34,643 nucleotides of DNA. Source: Piedraia hortae CBS 480.64. Taxonomy: Eukaryota. Both the position numbers and the translations under genes were made by a program. The stretch is taken from contig MU006049.1 in assembly GCA_010093745.1 (NCBI GenBank), positions 1 through 34,643 on the forward strand. Direction: 5' to 3'. Below the pieces are notes generated by a model. It was not told the DNA's origin. It was given only the letters and a program-made list of their open reading frames with translations, and did no database searches. Shown here in pieces: positions 20,114 to 31,569 of the stretch (within the stretch, counting starts at the first letter, position 1; each line of letters begins with the position of its first letter).

Positions 20114-20393
20114 ATCATCTGCCAGGGACAAGCTGTCAAAGTGAACACGTGGGAGACCCTGACAGATGCTGACGTCATGATCATTACAGACCCCAGACCC
20201 GGCGTCGGAAGTGACAGGGATGTTTTAGCGGCGGTTGACGCCCCACAGATGCGTTTGGCCAATCACAGGCGAGCGCCGGTTCCTCGACGAACTCCAGCCC
20301 GCCTTTACCTTGTCCTGCCACTAGATGATCGTTGTGTGACGCTGAATCCATTTACCAACTGAAAAAACCGATGCTGGTCTTTGGTCTTTGTTG

Positions 20394-23290
20394 ATGGCAC
20401 GCAAGGCGCGACAAACGATTAGTTATGGTAAATTGGCCCGGGGAAATGCGGCGGCTGCGTGCTGACCTGGTGACGCAATTTAGTGCTACCTCTGGCCAAC
20501 TCGACGGGCGCGCACCGGCTGGGCGTGAACGGGCTTGCGATTGATTGCGATAACTCGGTGTTGTACTCGGGCGGCCGCGACGGTGTTATCTGCGCCTGGG
20601 ACCTTCAGCTCAACCTGCACCAAGGCTACGATGGCGCCTTGGATCCGCCGCAGCCAACTGTCATCAGGCAACATGTCCAGGCACATTCCCATTGGATCAA
20701 TGATATCGCTCTGGTGCAAAGCAATCAGGCCTTGGTGTCGGCCAGCTCTGATATTGCCGTCAAGATCTGGCGGCCGGCCGCGCAGGACCGAATCCCGCCA
20801 CAGACTGTCGGCCTCCACAATGATTACGTCAAGACTCTTGCCGCTCCCTCAAGCTCATCAGACTGGATAGCCAGTGGCGGGCTGGACCGCAAGATTTGCG
20901 TCTGGGATTTGAATGGCAGGGGTCAGAAGCTGACGATTGATGTTGATGATGAGGTTTGCTCTCAGAGTCAAAAGGAAAAGGGCAGTGTCTATGCTCTGGC
21001 TGCGAGAGATCATATTCTTGCAAGCGGTGGACCGGAAAGCACGTTGAGAGTCTGGGATGCGCGGACCGGCAAGCGTATAACGAAGCTGGTCGGCCATACA
21101 GACACCATTCGAGACATTCTGATCAGCGAGAACGGGCTTATAGTCCTCACCGCAAGCAGCGACTGCTCTGTCAAGATCTGGGACATGGTGGCCGGACGAT
21201 GCATGTACACGCTGACCATGCACGATGCCAGTGTCTGGAGTCTTTACTCAGACCACCCGCAATTGTCCGTCTTCTATTCAGCTGACAGAAATGGCCTCAT
21301 TGCAAAGACCGATACCAGAGCCGTGGCCCATCTCGACGAGGGAATTTCAGTTGCCGTTGCCTGCGAGCACCAAGGGGTGCAGAAGCTTGTGGCAGCTGGA
21401 GAGTACATATGGACCGCCACTAGTAAATCAAGCATCAATCGATGGCGAGACGTAGAGACTGAAAATGCCGAAATTGTAGTCCCAGACAACTGCCCGCGAG
21501 CGTCACAGAGTCCGTCCGGTCAGCGAAGACGGATGCTGCCTCTTAAACACATGCTGAAACTGAGCACCAATGGTCTCTTTCCCGCATCGCAAATTGTCCA
21601 AGGGGATCGACGCACCTCTATTATCGAAAACCCACGAGACGAGCAAGGCATGGAGATGGTCCCAGTGCAGCCAGTCAGAGATAAACCCGACTACACAATC
21701 GAAGGCCTAAACGGTCTGACCAAACACATAATGATGAGCGATCGACGACGAGTCCTCACCCTAAACACAGCCGGCGAGGTCATGATGTGGGATATCCTCA
21801 ACTGCCGCCCAATCCAATCCTACGGCAAGCGAGATATCGAAGAAGTGCACGTCGAGGTAGTAACCACAGACATCGTCACCAACTGGTGTTCGGTAGACAC
21901 CCGAACCGGGACCCTCACCGTCGCCCTAGACGAACGAACCTGTTTCGACGCAGAAGTCTACGCTGACGAACTCGGCTTAGAAAACGTCGATGAAGACGAG
22001 CGAATCAATCTGGGCAAGTGGATGTTACGCTCTCTCTTTGCAAAATTCATCGCGGAAGAAGAACGTCGAGATGAAGTCCTACGGGAACAACTCCTCACCG
22101 CAACGCGGAAACAGCAGGACCATACTCTCCCGCAGATCATCATGCCCGAAACTAATGGAGAGTACGTCACGCCAGTGACACCGGGCATAAATCTCGCTAC
22201 ACCCGGTCAACAAATTCCGACCCCAACGGGTCAAGACGACCCAGCATATTACACGCCCCAAACGTCCCGCGCATCAGCTGAGCTAGGTGACTATTTCTCC
22301 CCCTTCCGCACCCCAACACCAGCCGTAAAAACCCCCGTCCCTCTTGAAAAATCACCCACAACCCCCGGTGCAGTCGAAACAGACAAAGACCCCCCAAAAG
22401 AGAACCTCTTCTCGAAGAAATTCCGCATGAACATGTCTTTTAGCATGAAGAAGCTCAGTCGGACGCAGACAACCTCATCGTCTGTTGCCCTCGAACCCCC
22501 TACCGAACCAATCACTGAACCCCCCATCATGGACACATCCTCCCGCTCCAGCAACGGAAGCGACTCCCCTTTTCCCGACCGCCTCTCCTCACTCCTCAAA
22601 TCCCTCCGCTCAACCTACGAAGAATCCCTCCACTCCCAACTCCAATCCCAAGCCGCTTATTCAAACGGCTTGCCGGGTCCGTCCCCCGTCCCGCTAAACC
22701 TCCCCACGGAATTCAAATCCCCGGCCCCCCTCCTCTGCGCAGAAATCCCCGAGGGGACGACGGTCCTGATACAAGAACACCGCCCGGACGCCGGGTCAGT
22801 GGCTGATGTTTTTGAAGGCGCGGTCGGGAGGTTAGATTCCCTCTGTGGGGAGGTTGAACGCGCTGCGCCGAGGTGGTTGGGGGACCTCCTCCTGAGGGAT
22901 GCTGTGCCGATCAAGGAAACGGTAAAAGTGGCGTTCGTGGTTGAACCCTGTGAGGGAAGTGGTCTGCCGAGGTTGGAGGGGGAGAGGCTGAGTGCGCATA
23001 GGATGGTTAGGGCTAGGAGGGTGGTTAGGTATCTGGCGGAGAGGGTATTACCCCCAAGGGAGAGGGTGGGGGATGTACTGGAACTTTGGTGTAAAGGACA
23101 GAGGGTGGAGCCGAAGATGACGCTCGCGAGTATAAGGGCGCATGTTTGGAGGGACGGGGGGGATGTCGTTTTTGGGTATAGGAGGATTGGGGAGGAGGGG
23201 GAGGGGGGGAACAATGGGGAGGGGGATCAGAAGGGGGGTGACAAGAGAGATGACAAGAGAGACGAGCAAATGAGCAGGGAAATTGAATAG
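20394..23290 (+). CDS. WD40 deubiquitinase cofactor WDR48/UAF1 (Duf1/Bun107-like); intron 20428-20483; ~946 aa
   Basis: Exon 1 MARKARQTISY spliced (GTAAAT...GCTGAC...TAG) to VLPLANSTGAHRLGVNGL. Multiple WD repeats (LYSGGRDG, HSHWINDI, ASGGLDRKICVWD, GHTDTIRDI), NWCSVDTRTG, RINLGKW and C-terminal MTLASIRAHVWR. Confidence 0.92.
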
Positions 23291-23321
23291 ATGATGAAAG
23301 TAATGTCTTATGACAATATTC

Positions 23322-24848
23322 CTACACTGCCCGCCTTTGCAGAATCGCAACCCCCTCAACATGCCCCGTCTGCGGAAAAAAATCAAACCCCACTAGGCTC
23401 TCAATTTGATACCCACCCTCTCCAACCAACAAACCCACATCCCTAGCCTGCGTGTGCACGTTACACGAAACATAGCAGATCCTCTGCGGTGCAAACTTTA
23501 TCAGCTGTCTCATGAAACCCACATCGCACCCCTTCCTAGGCGGGTCAATCACCACCGCCGTTTTTTCCGGGTCGAACCCATCGACTTCGTCAAATAGTTT
23601 ATTCGCATCCGCGGAGATGAACCTCGCTGCGGTGCTGGGGAGGTTATTGAGGACCGCGTTCCGCTCCGCGGAGGTGATGGATTGGGGGGAGATGTCGATC
23701 CCCAGGGTTTTACTAAAGATTTGGGAGAGGGTGATGGTGAAGAAACCTGAGCCGCAGTATGCGTCGATTAGGAGGTCGACGCCCGGAGTGAGGATTCGGG
23801 AGCGGATGTACATTGTTACGAGCGGGAGGATGCTGTTGTTGTTTTGGAAGAAAGATCCGGCCGGGTTATCGAAGCGATAGCCGTCGATGTATTCGGTTGA
23901 GGTTGCGTTGGAGTCTGTGATGTAGGTTTTGACGAGGGTGGTGTCCTCGATTACGGTTTCACTGTGTGAGCTTTCAGCATTAGGGGGTGTTTCACCTTCC
24001 TGCCCACTGTCACGGAGAGAGGAACTCTCCCTAATCAGCAGCGTAGCGCCCCTCTTAAATTCTCCTAGGTGGGCCTGAACCCTCTCCCTTTCCTTTGTAA
24101 GACCTATTTGTACGGCTGCCGTCGCGATAGGACACTCCTCTATATCCATCGTTTTCCTTGTCCCTTTCTGCATGAACCCTATCGGGGGGGCTTTATCCCA
24201 CTTTACCTCCCTCCCTGCCTTCCTATCCCTCCGCGCGTTGGGAGGGGCATCGAAATGAGGGGTAAGCTTGGTGCGATATCCGTATTCCCTTGGACTGGCT
24301 ATTGTTTCACCCACTGGAGGTATCCGCTGGGGGTCCAACCCCGAGAAGTTTGTGTATGCTTTTTCTATAATGTGACGTTTGTGTTCTAGTTGGTAGGAGT
24401 AGGGTAGGTGTTGAAATTGACACCCCCCGCAGACGGAAAAGTATTTGCATTTTGGGACGATGCCTTCGCGGAGGGGGGAGGGGGTTGTGATGCTGACGAT
24501 GTCGGTGAGGGTGTGGGTTTCATGATGCTTGTAGGGCTTCGCGAGGACAACGTCACCGGGGGCAGTGAAGGGAATGGTGTAGACGCGGTTGTGGTGGAGG
24601 GCTAACCCATCGCCGGTGGAGGAGAGGGTGGAGATGGTCAGGGGGAGGGGAGTTTGGAGGTCTGGGAGGGGGGCTGGCGACGCTGGGGCTGTATCGAGGG
24701 ACGTGCTGGCGAGAAGAGCGGTGACGTCCGCAAGGAGGACGGCTTCGTTGGAGCCGTCGGCGACGGCCGTTTTGCGCTTTTTGGACGGACGTGCGCTTCC
24801 GGTAAAAGCGCGTTTCGGGGGCATGGTTCTGAGGAGACGGAGGAACAT
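23322..24848 (-). CDS. TRM2: tRNA (uracil-54-C5)-methyltransferase
   Basis: CKYFSVCGGCQFQH, YGYRTKLTPHF, GSFFQNN, DAYCGSGFF, IDPPRKGC, YVSCNVHTQARD, FDFFPQTGHVE. A second in-frame ATG is at 24824. Confidence 0.95.
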   Translation of the reverse strand: MFLRLLRTMPPKRAFTGSARPSKKRKTAVADGSNEAVLLADVTALLASTSLDTAPASPAPLPDLQTPLPLTISTLSSTGDGLALHHNRVYTIPFTAPGDVVLAKPYKHHETHTLTDIVSITTPSPLREGIVPKCKYFSVCGGCQFQHLPYSYQLEHKRHIIEKAYTNFSGLDPQRIPPVGETIASPREYGYRTKLTPHFDAPPNARRDRKAGREVKWDKAPPIGFMQKGTRKTMDIEECPIATAAVQIGLTKERERVQAHLGEFKRGATLLIRESSSLRDSGQEGETPPNAESSHSETVIEDTTLVKTYITDSNATSTEYIDGYRFDNPAGSFFQNNNSILPLVTMYIRSRILTPGVDLLIDAYCGSGFFTITLSQIFSKTLGIDISPQSITSAERNAVLNNLPSTAARFISADANKLFDEVDGFDPEKTAVVIDPPRKGCDVGFMRQLIKFAPQRICYVSCNVHTQARDVGLLVGEGGYQIESLVGFDFFPQTGHVEGVAILQRRAV

Positions 24849-25309
24849 TCGGCGTGTTCGCTGCAGTGGGAAAGTTGTCGTTAGGCGGGAGGGCCCGCTT
24901 TCCTATGTACAGGGGTGCTGGAATCGCGATGGACTGCCATTATTTGACACCTGGGGGCATATTAATACGGACAAAGCTATGTTCTGCTACTTCAGTCATC
25001 TTTCATTGCCAAGGACCACGTGTCTCTGATCAATTGATTCGTGTTCAATCAAAGCTGCTCACCTGCAGACCCTGCAGAAAACGGCGAGACAGACTCGCAC
25101 TGCCTAAGCCGAGCAGGAACAACCCTCAGCACATCTTGTTGTCACGCTACAAGCATGCTACAGACACGAGACAGACAGCATTAGATAGCTTGTAGAAACC
25201 GCTATCAAACGACACACTACATGCAGTTGTCTTGGACACGTTCTTTCAGTGACGTTATCCATGCACTGCTCCAAACCGGCTAGCTCCGCGTGGCTCGTGG
25301 TGGGGCGCG

Positions 25310-25324
25310 AAAAAAAAAAAAAAA
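25310..25324 (+). repeat. A15 tract upstream of the CPSase start, in the TRM2/CPSase divergent intergenic region
   Basis: Directly visible; preceded by GCGCG. Confidence 0.85.
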
Positions 25325-25370
25325 GTCGATTTCCTCCTCCTCCCACAACTGATGCCATTGGCGATTGAAA

Positions 25371-28300
25371 ATGGAGGCTAGACAGGAGCAACAGCGGACC
25401 GGAATGGCCTTGGCTCTTGCAGACGGCCGACGCCTCCAAGGGTTCTCCTTTGGCGCCGCCCGCAGCGTCTCCGGCGAACTCGTCTTCCAGACGGGCATGG
25501 TGGGTTACCCAGAATCCATCACTGATCCTTCGTATCGCGGTCAGATCCTGGTGCTCACCTACCCGCTCATTGGTAACTACGGCGTTCCGTCTCGTGAGAA
25601 GAAAGATGCCCTGCTGGGAGACCTGCCGGCCGACTACGAGTCTCGCGAGATCCACATTGCCGGGCTTGTCGTGGCGACGTACGCAGGCGAGGAGTATTCA
25701 CATCACCTAGCTGATTCGTCGCTCGGGAAGTGGCTGCAGGAGCAGAATGTTCCCGCCCTCGAAGGCGTAGACACGCGCATGCTGACCAAGCTCATCCGTG
25801 ACAAGGGAAGCATGCCGGGCCAGCTCCTGCTCCAGGTGGGAACCGAGACGGCCAAGGCCAACGGTGTAGCAAACGGTGTTCTAAATGGCATGACCAACGG
25901 CCACGCAAAGATAAAAGAGGTTGCAGTCTATGAAGAAATTCCTTGGAGCGATCCCAACACCTGCAATCTGGTGAAAGAGGGTAAGCGTTCTTCTCGTAGT
26001 AGATCAGAACTATATCTGATCGTATATCTTAGTTTCGATTACCAATGCCAAGACTTATTTCCCATCCGTGTCCATTGCGTTGAAGCATCCGTCTGGTCGT
26101 CCTGTGCGTGTTGTTGCCGTCGACGTTGGGCTGAAATATAACCAGCTGCGGTGTCTCGTCAATCGGGGCGTCGAGGTCAAGGTGGTGCCTTGGGATTGTG
26201 ACTTTGAAAACGGCGAGGAGTACGATGGGCTGTTCATCTCCAATGGTCCTGGCAATCCAGCCATCCTCGAAGACACCGTCAGGAATATTCAACAAGCAAT
26301 TGACAAGGCCAGCACGCCCATCTTCGGTATCTGTCTAGGCCACCAGCTTCTCGCTCGTGCGGCCGGTGCAAAGACTCTGAAGATGAAGTTTGGCAATCGT
26401 GGCCAGAACATCCCCTGCACCAGTCGCTTGTCTGGTCGCTGCTACATTACCTCGCAGAACCACGGATATGCTGTCGATGCCAGCACGCTGCCTGAAGACT
26501 GGCACGAGCTTTTTGTCAACGCAAACGACAACAGCAACGAGGGCATCTACCACTCCAAGCGTCCCTACTTTAGCGTGCAGTTTCATCCTGAGAGTGCTCC
26601 GGGTCCTCGTGATACCGAGTACCTGTTTGATGTTTTCATCCAGTCGATGCTTGACTGCATCCAGGATCCAAGTCGTCTGCAACAGCCAGTCACCTTTACC
26701 GACGGCGATGTTGCTGCTGCTGCTGCTGCTGCTGCTGCGGCAAAGCATCCCAGGTTGAACCCCAAAAAGGTGCTCATCCTTGGCAGTGGTGGCCTCAGCA
26801 TCGGTCAGGCTGGCGAATTTGACTACTCTGGCAGTCAAGCTATCAAGGCCTTGAAAGAAGAAGGCATCTACACGATCCTGATCAACCCCAACATTGCCAC
26901 TAATCAGACTTCCAAGGGTCTGGCTGATAAGGTCTACTATCGCGCCGTCACCGCCAACGATGTCCGTCAAGTCATCAAGCTGGAACGTCCAGATGCCATT
27001 TACGTCACGTTTGGCGGGCAGACGGCGCTGCAGGTAGGCATTGAGCTCAAGGATGAGTTTGAGTCTCTTGGCGTCAAGGTACTGGGCACGCCCATCGACA
27101 CTATCATCACAACGGAAGACAGGAAGCGGTTCGCCCACAGCATGGAAGCCATCGGAGCTCCGTGTGCCTTGTCCAAGTCAGCCCACTCGGTCGACGAAGC
27201 CCTTGCTGCTGTAGAAGGTATTGGCTACCCAGTCATTGTCCGCGCTGGATATGCTCTGGGAGGTCAAGGCAGTGGCTTTGCCGAGAACGAGAAGCAGCTC
27301 CGCAACCTGTGTCAGAAGGCATTTGCCGCCAGTCCTCAGGTGCTCATCGAACGCAGCTTGAAAGGCTGGAAGGAGATTGAGTACGAAGTCGTCCGCGATG
27401 CCCATGACAATTGCATCACCGTCTGCAACATGGAAAACTTTGATCCTCTTGGCATCCACACCGGAGACTCTGTAGTTGTGGCGCCTTCGCAAACGCTCTC
27501 TGATGAAGACTACCAGATGCTCCGCACCACGGCTGTCAAGGCAATTAGACATCTAGGAGTCATTGGCGAGTGTAACATCCAATACGCTCTTAACCCGGAC
27601 AGCAAGGAATTCTTCATCATTGAGGTAAATGCCCGTCTGTCTCGGTCTTCAGCTCTGGCGTCCAAAGCCACTGGGTACCCTCTAGCCTTTATCGCCGCCA
27701 AGCTCGGCCTCAACATTGCCCTCAATGAGATCAAGAATTCCATCACCAAGGAGACGTGTGCCTGCTTCGAGCCTTCGCTGGACTACGTCGTCGTCAAGAT
27801 TCCCCGCTGGGACTTGAAGAAGTTCACTCGAGTGTCCAATCTGCTTGGATCAGCCATGATGAGCGTCGGCGAGGTAATGGCCATTGGCAGGACGTTTGAA
27901 GAGGCCATCCAAAAGGCCATCCGCGGCGTTGACCCGAGCAATCTCGGCTTCAACGAGACTGAAGCACTCATGTCCATTGACATTGACACGGAACTCCAGA
28001 CGCCGTCTGACCAGCGCATGTTTGCCCTTGCCAATGCCATGCACAATGGCTATTCAGTCGAGAAGATCTTCCAGATGACAAAGATTGACCGCTGGTTCCT
28101 TTACCGTCTTAAACGGCTGAGTGATTTTGGCAAGCAGATGAAGGAGTTGATGAATAGCCATACTGTGGATACCGTCCCGCATCAGATCTTTTCGGAGGCG
28201 AAGAAGCTCGGCTTCTCAGACGGTCAGCTGGCTCTTTTCTGGGGCAGTGATGAGCTCGGTGTCCGCCATGCGAGGCTGGAGTTGGGCATCATGCCTGTTG

Positions 28301-29958
28301 TGAAGCAGATTGATACCGTGGCGGCTGAGTTCCCGGCGTATACCAACTATCTGTATATGACGTACAATGGGACGGAGCATGACGTTGAGTTTAACGACAA
28401 GGGACTCATGGTGCTTGGTTCTGGGACGTATCGTATCGGCTCGTCGGTCGAGTTTGATTGGTGCTCTGTTCAGGCGGTGCGCACGCTGCGCGGGAACGGG
28501 TACAAGACGGTCATGGTTAATGTCAACCCAGAGACGTGCAGTACAGACGCCGAAGAATCCGACCGTCTCTACTTTGAAAACATAACTCTAGAGTCTGTCC
28601 TGGATATCTACCAACTGGAGCGGTCTAATGGGGTCATCCTCTCCGTGGGCGGTCAACTTCCAAACAACATCTCCCTCCCCCTATACAAAGAGAACGTCAA
28701 CGTCCTCGGCACGTCTCCCGAGATGATCGACTCTGCAGAGAACCGCTACAAATTCTCCCGCATGCTCGACAACGTCGACGTCGACCAACCGGAATGGAAA
28801 GAAGCCACCAGCGAGCGCGAGGCAAAGGACTTTGCCGCCAAGGTCAGGTACCCCGTCCTGGTCCGTCCCTCATACGTCCTCTCCGGCGCAGCCATGAACA
28901 CAGCCTACTCCGAACCCGACCTGCAGACCTACCTAAGCCAAGCCAAGCAAGTCTCCAAAGACTACCCGGTAGTCGTAACAAAGTATATCGAAAACGCGAA
29001 GGAGATCGAAATGGACGCCGTAGCCCGCAACGGCGAAGTCATCGCGCACGTCATCTGCGAACACGTCGAAAACGCCGGCGTCCACTCCGGCGACGCAACC
29101 CTCATCCTACCTCCCCAAGACCTCGACAGCGAAACCGTCTCCAAAATCGAGCTCGCAACCCGCAAAATCGCCAACGCCCTTGACGTAACCGGACCATTCA
29201 ACATCCAATTCATCGCCAAAGACCAAGCCATAAAGGTCATCGAATGCAATGTGCGAGCCTCGCGTTCCTTCCCCTTCGTCTCCAAAGTCACGAGCCTGGA
29301 TCTAATCGAACTCGCAACAAAAGTCATGGCCGGCATCCCCGTCCCAGCCACGATCACACCAACCTACCGCCCCGGCATCATCGCCGTAAAGGTCCCGCAA
29401 TTCTCCTTCTCGCGCCTCTCGGGCGCGGACCCCGTCATGGGCGTCGAAATGGCCAGTACCGGCGAAGTAGCCTGCTTCGGCCATACCCAATACGAAGCCT
29501 ATCTCAAAGGGTTCATCGCTACCGGCCTCAAACTCCCCAAAAAGAACATCCTCCTGTCCATCGGATCGTATAACCACAAAATCGAAATGTTGCCGTCTGT
29601 ACAGAAGCTCGAGAAGTTGGGGTATAAGCTTTTTGCTACTGCTGGTACTGCGGATTTTCTGGAAGCGCATGGGGTGAAGGTGCAGTTTATGGAGGCGATG
29701 CAGGAACAGGGTCAGAGGGAGGAGTATTCTCTCACCGATGCGTTGAAGAATAATTTGATTGATCTCTATGTGAATTTGCCGTCGAGGAATCAGTTCCGCA
29801 GGCCGGCAAGTTACTTGTCCAAGGGATATAGGACGAGGAGGATGGCGGTGGATTTGCAGGTGCCGTTGGTGACGGATGTGAAGGTCGCGAGGATACTGGT
29901 GGAGGCGCTTTCGAGGGGGGTTGGGTTGGAGGTTGGGGAGGTAGATGCGTTGGGTTGA
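25371..29958 (+). CDS. URA2: Pyrimidine-specific glutamine amidotransferase-carbamoyl phosphate synthetase (GATase-CPSase part of URA2/pyr-3); intron 25981-26032; ~1511 aa
   Basis: [15 protein letters not shown], GATase FGICLGHQ and [71 protein letters not shown] and an MGS-like C-terminal domain. Intron GTAAGC...CTGAT...TAG restores the frame. Fused GATase+CPSase distinguishes it from arginine-specific CPA1/CPA2. Confidence 0.95.
26713..26736 (+). repeat. (GCT)8 coding microsatellite; poly-Ala10 in the GATase-CPSase linker
   Basis: Directly visible; encodes DGDV-A10-KHPR. Confidence 0.95.
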
Positions 29959-29982
29959 GACTATGGGGAGGGATTTGTTGGG

Positions 29983-30052
29983 NNNNNNNNNNNNNNNNNN
30001 NNNNNNNNNNNNNNNNNNNNNNNNNNNNNNNNNNNNNNNNNNNNNNNNNNNN
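29983..30052. other. Assembly gap (70 N)
   Basis: Run of n characters; the true length is unknown. Confidence 1.
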
Positions 30053-30314
30053 CGCAAATCTTTCCCGTGCATAGCTGTTCCTTTGTTGCATGGCGTTGTG
30101 TACATTGGCGTGTATAGAGAGGGATATTTAATTTGTAGTTTCGTCTATGTGTGTTATGTTCGCTATGTACGAAGACATGCACCATCCGAATTATTCAATC
30201 TATCCAAAATAAGTGCAACGATTCGAGTCTGTTGTGGCGTCGGGCTTGTGGGGCAACCAGCACACACCCAACACCTCGTCTTGGCACCCACCCACCCACC
30301 CACCAACAACAACA

Positions 30315-31312
30315 ATGCCCTCTCCCTGGAAAGGCAAATCCATCGTCTCCGTCTCGGACTTTAGTCCCTACGACCTTCGCAATCTCTGGACCACAACGCA
30401 AGAGATGCAATCCCGCGTCGAGCGGGACGAATGTCTCGACGTTCTAAAGAACAAAATCCTCTGTCTAATTTTCTTCGAACCGTCTACCAGGACCTCAAGC
30501 TCGTTTGATACTGCGATGAAAAGGCTAGGGGGACAATGTGTTATGATCAATGAGTCGCATTCTTCGACACGTAAGGGGGAATCATTGGAAGATACGATTC
30601 GGACATTGGATCAGTATGGTGATGCGATTATTTTGCGACATCCGGGTGATGAGAGTGCGGAGGTTGCGGCTACTGTGGCAGAACACCCGGTGATTAATGC
30701 TGGTTCCGGGTCGCGGGAACATCCTACCCAGGCGTTGCTGGATTGGTATACGATTGGGGTTGAGTTGGGGGGTTGGAATGGGTTGATGGTTACGTTTGTG
30801 GGGGATCTAAAGTATGGAAGGACGGTGCACTCGCTGTGTAAGTTGTTGAGGCATTATAATGTCAGGATTCAGCTGGTTGCGCCAAAGGGGTTGGCGCTTC
30901 CGGAGGAGCTACGGGCGGAGTTGAGGGAAAGGGGACAGTTGGTTGGGGAGGAGGAGGCTTTGACGAGGGAGATTGTGAAGAGTACGGATGTGCTTTATTG
31001 CACACGTGTGCAAAAGGAGCGATTCGAAGACCCTCACCTCTACGAAAAGGTCAAGGATAGCATCACAATCACGACAAAGACCCTTGCAGATGCCAAGGAG
31101 AAGATGATTGTGATGCATCCCCTACCCCGGAACAAGGAAATCGAACCAGACGTGGACGCTGACCCACGTGCTGCCTACTTTCGACAAGTAAGTTTCCCCC
31201 CCCCCTCCCCCCCTGCCTGCAGAACCAGCCAGTGCAATGCTAATCTCGGCTGCAGATGAAATATGGCATGTACGTCCGCATGGCGTTGCTGGCCATGGTG
31301 ATGCAAGACTAA
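30315..31312 (+). CDS. Aspartate carbamoyltransferase, apparently stand-alone (ATCase domain of URA2/pyr-3); intron 31188-31255; 309 aa
   Basis: [54 protein letters not shown]. Intron GTAAGT...GCTAAT...CAG joins AAYFRQ to [16 protein letters not shown]. The ATG has a strong ACAACAATG context, and there is an in-frame TAA upstream at 30210. Confidence 0.93.
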
Positions 31313-31569
31313 AAACGGGCGTGATAAGGGTGGTGGTATCATGGCGAGTGACAATGAACATGGCAATCATCGCTCGTGTGAGGGTGCTGCCTTGCTCGGA
31401 GGATTCTCGAGCCACGATGAATCCGTTGCAACGGTCGGCAGCTGATCGGATCTACCCGCGGAATCACGTTGGACGTGGTGGGGCGATTGTTTTTAGCGCC
31501 GGAAACCACGACAGTCACCACCGCGCGATTGTTACCCGGCAAAGCGTCTGCCCAAATGTCCCAATCCTC

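Noticed and set aside
23230..23270. 12-bp tandem repeat (GACAAGAGAGAT) at the WDR48 C-terminus
   Set aside because: Trivial low-complexity tail with no evidence of function.
31237..31569. 111-aa N-terminal extension of KCS1 overlapping the ATCase last exon
   Set aside because: It starts inside the ATCase intron (the ATG overlaps the branch site) and has no recognisable features. Most likely a chance open frame; true start uncertain.
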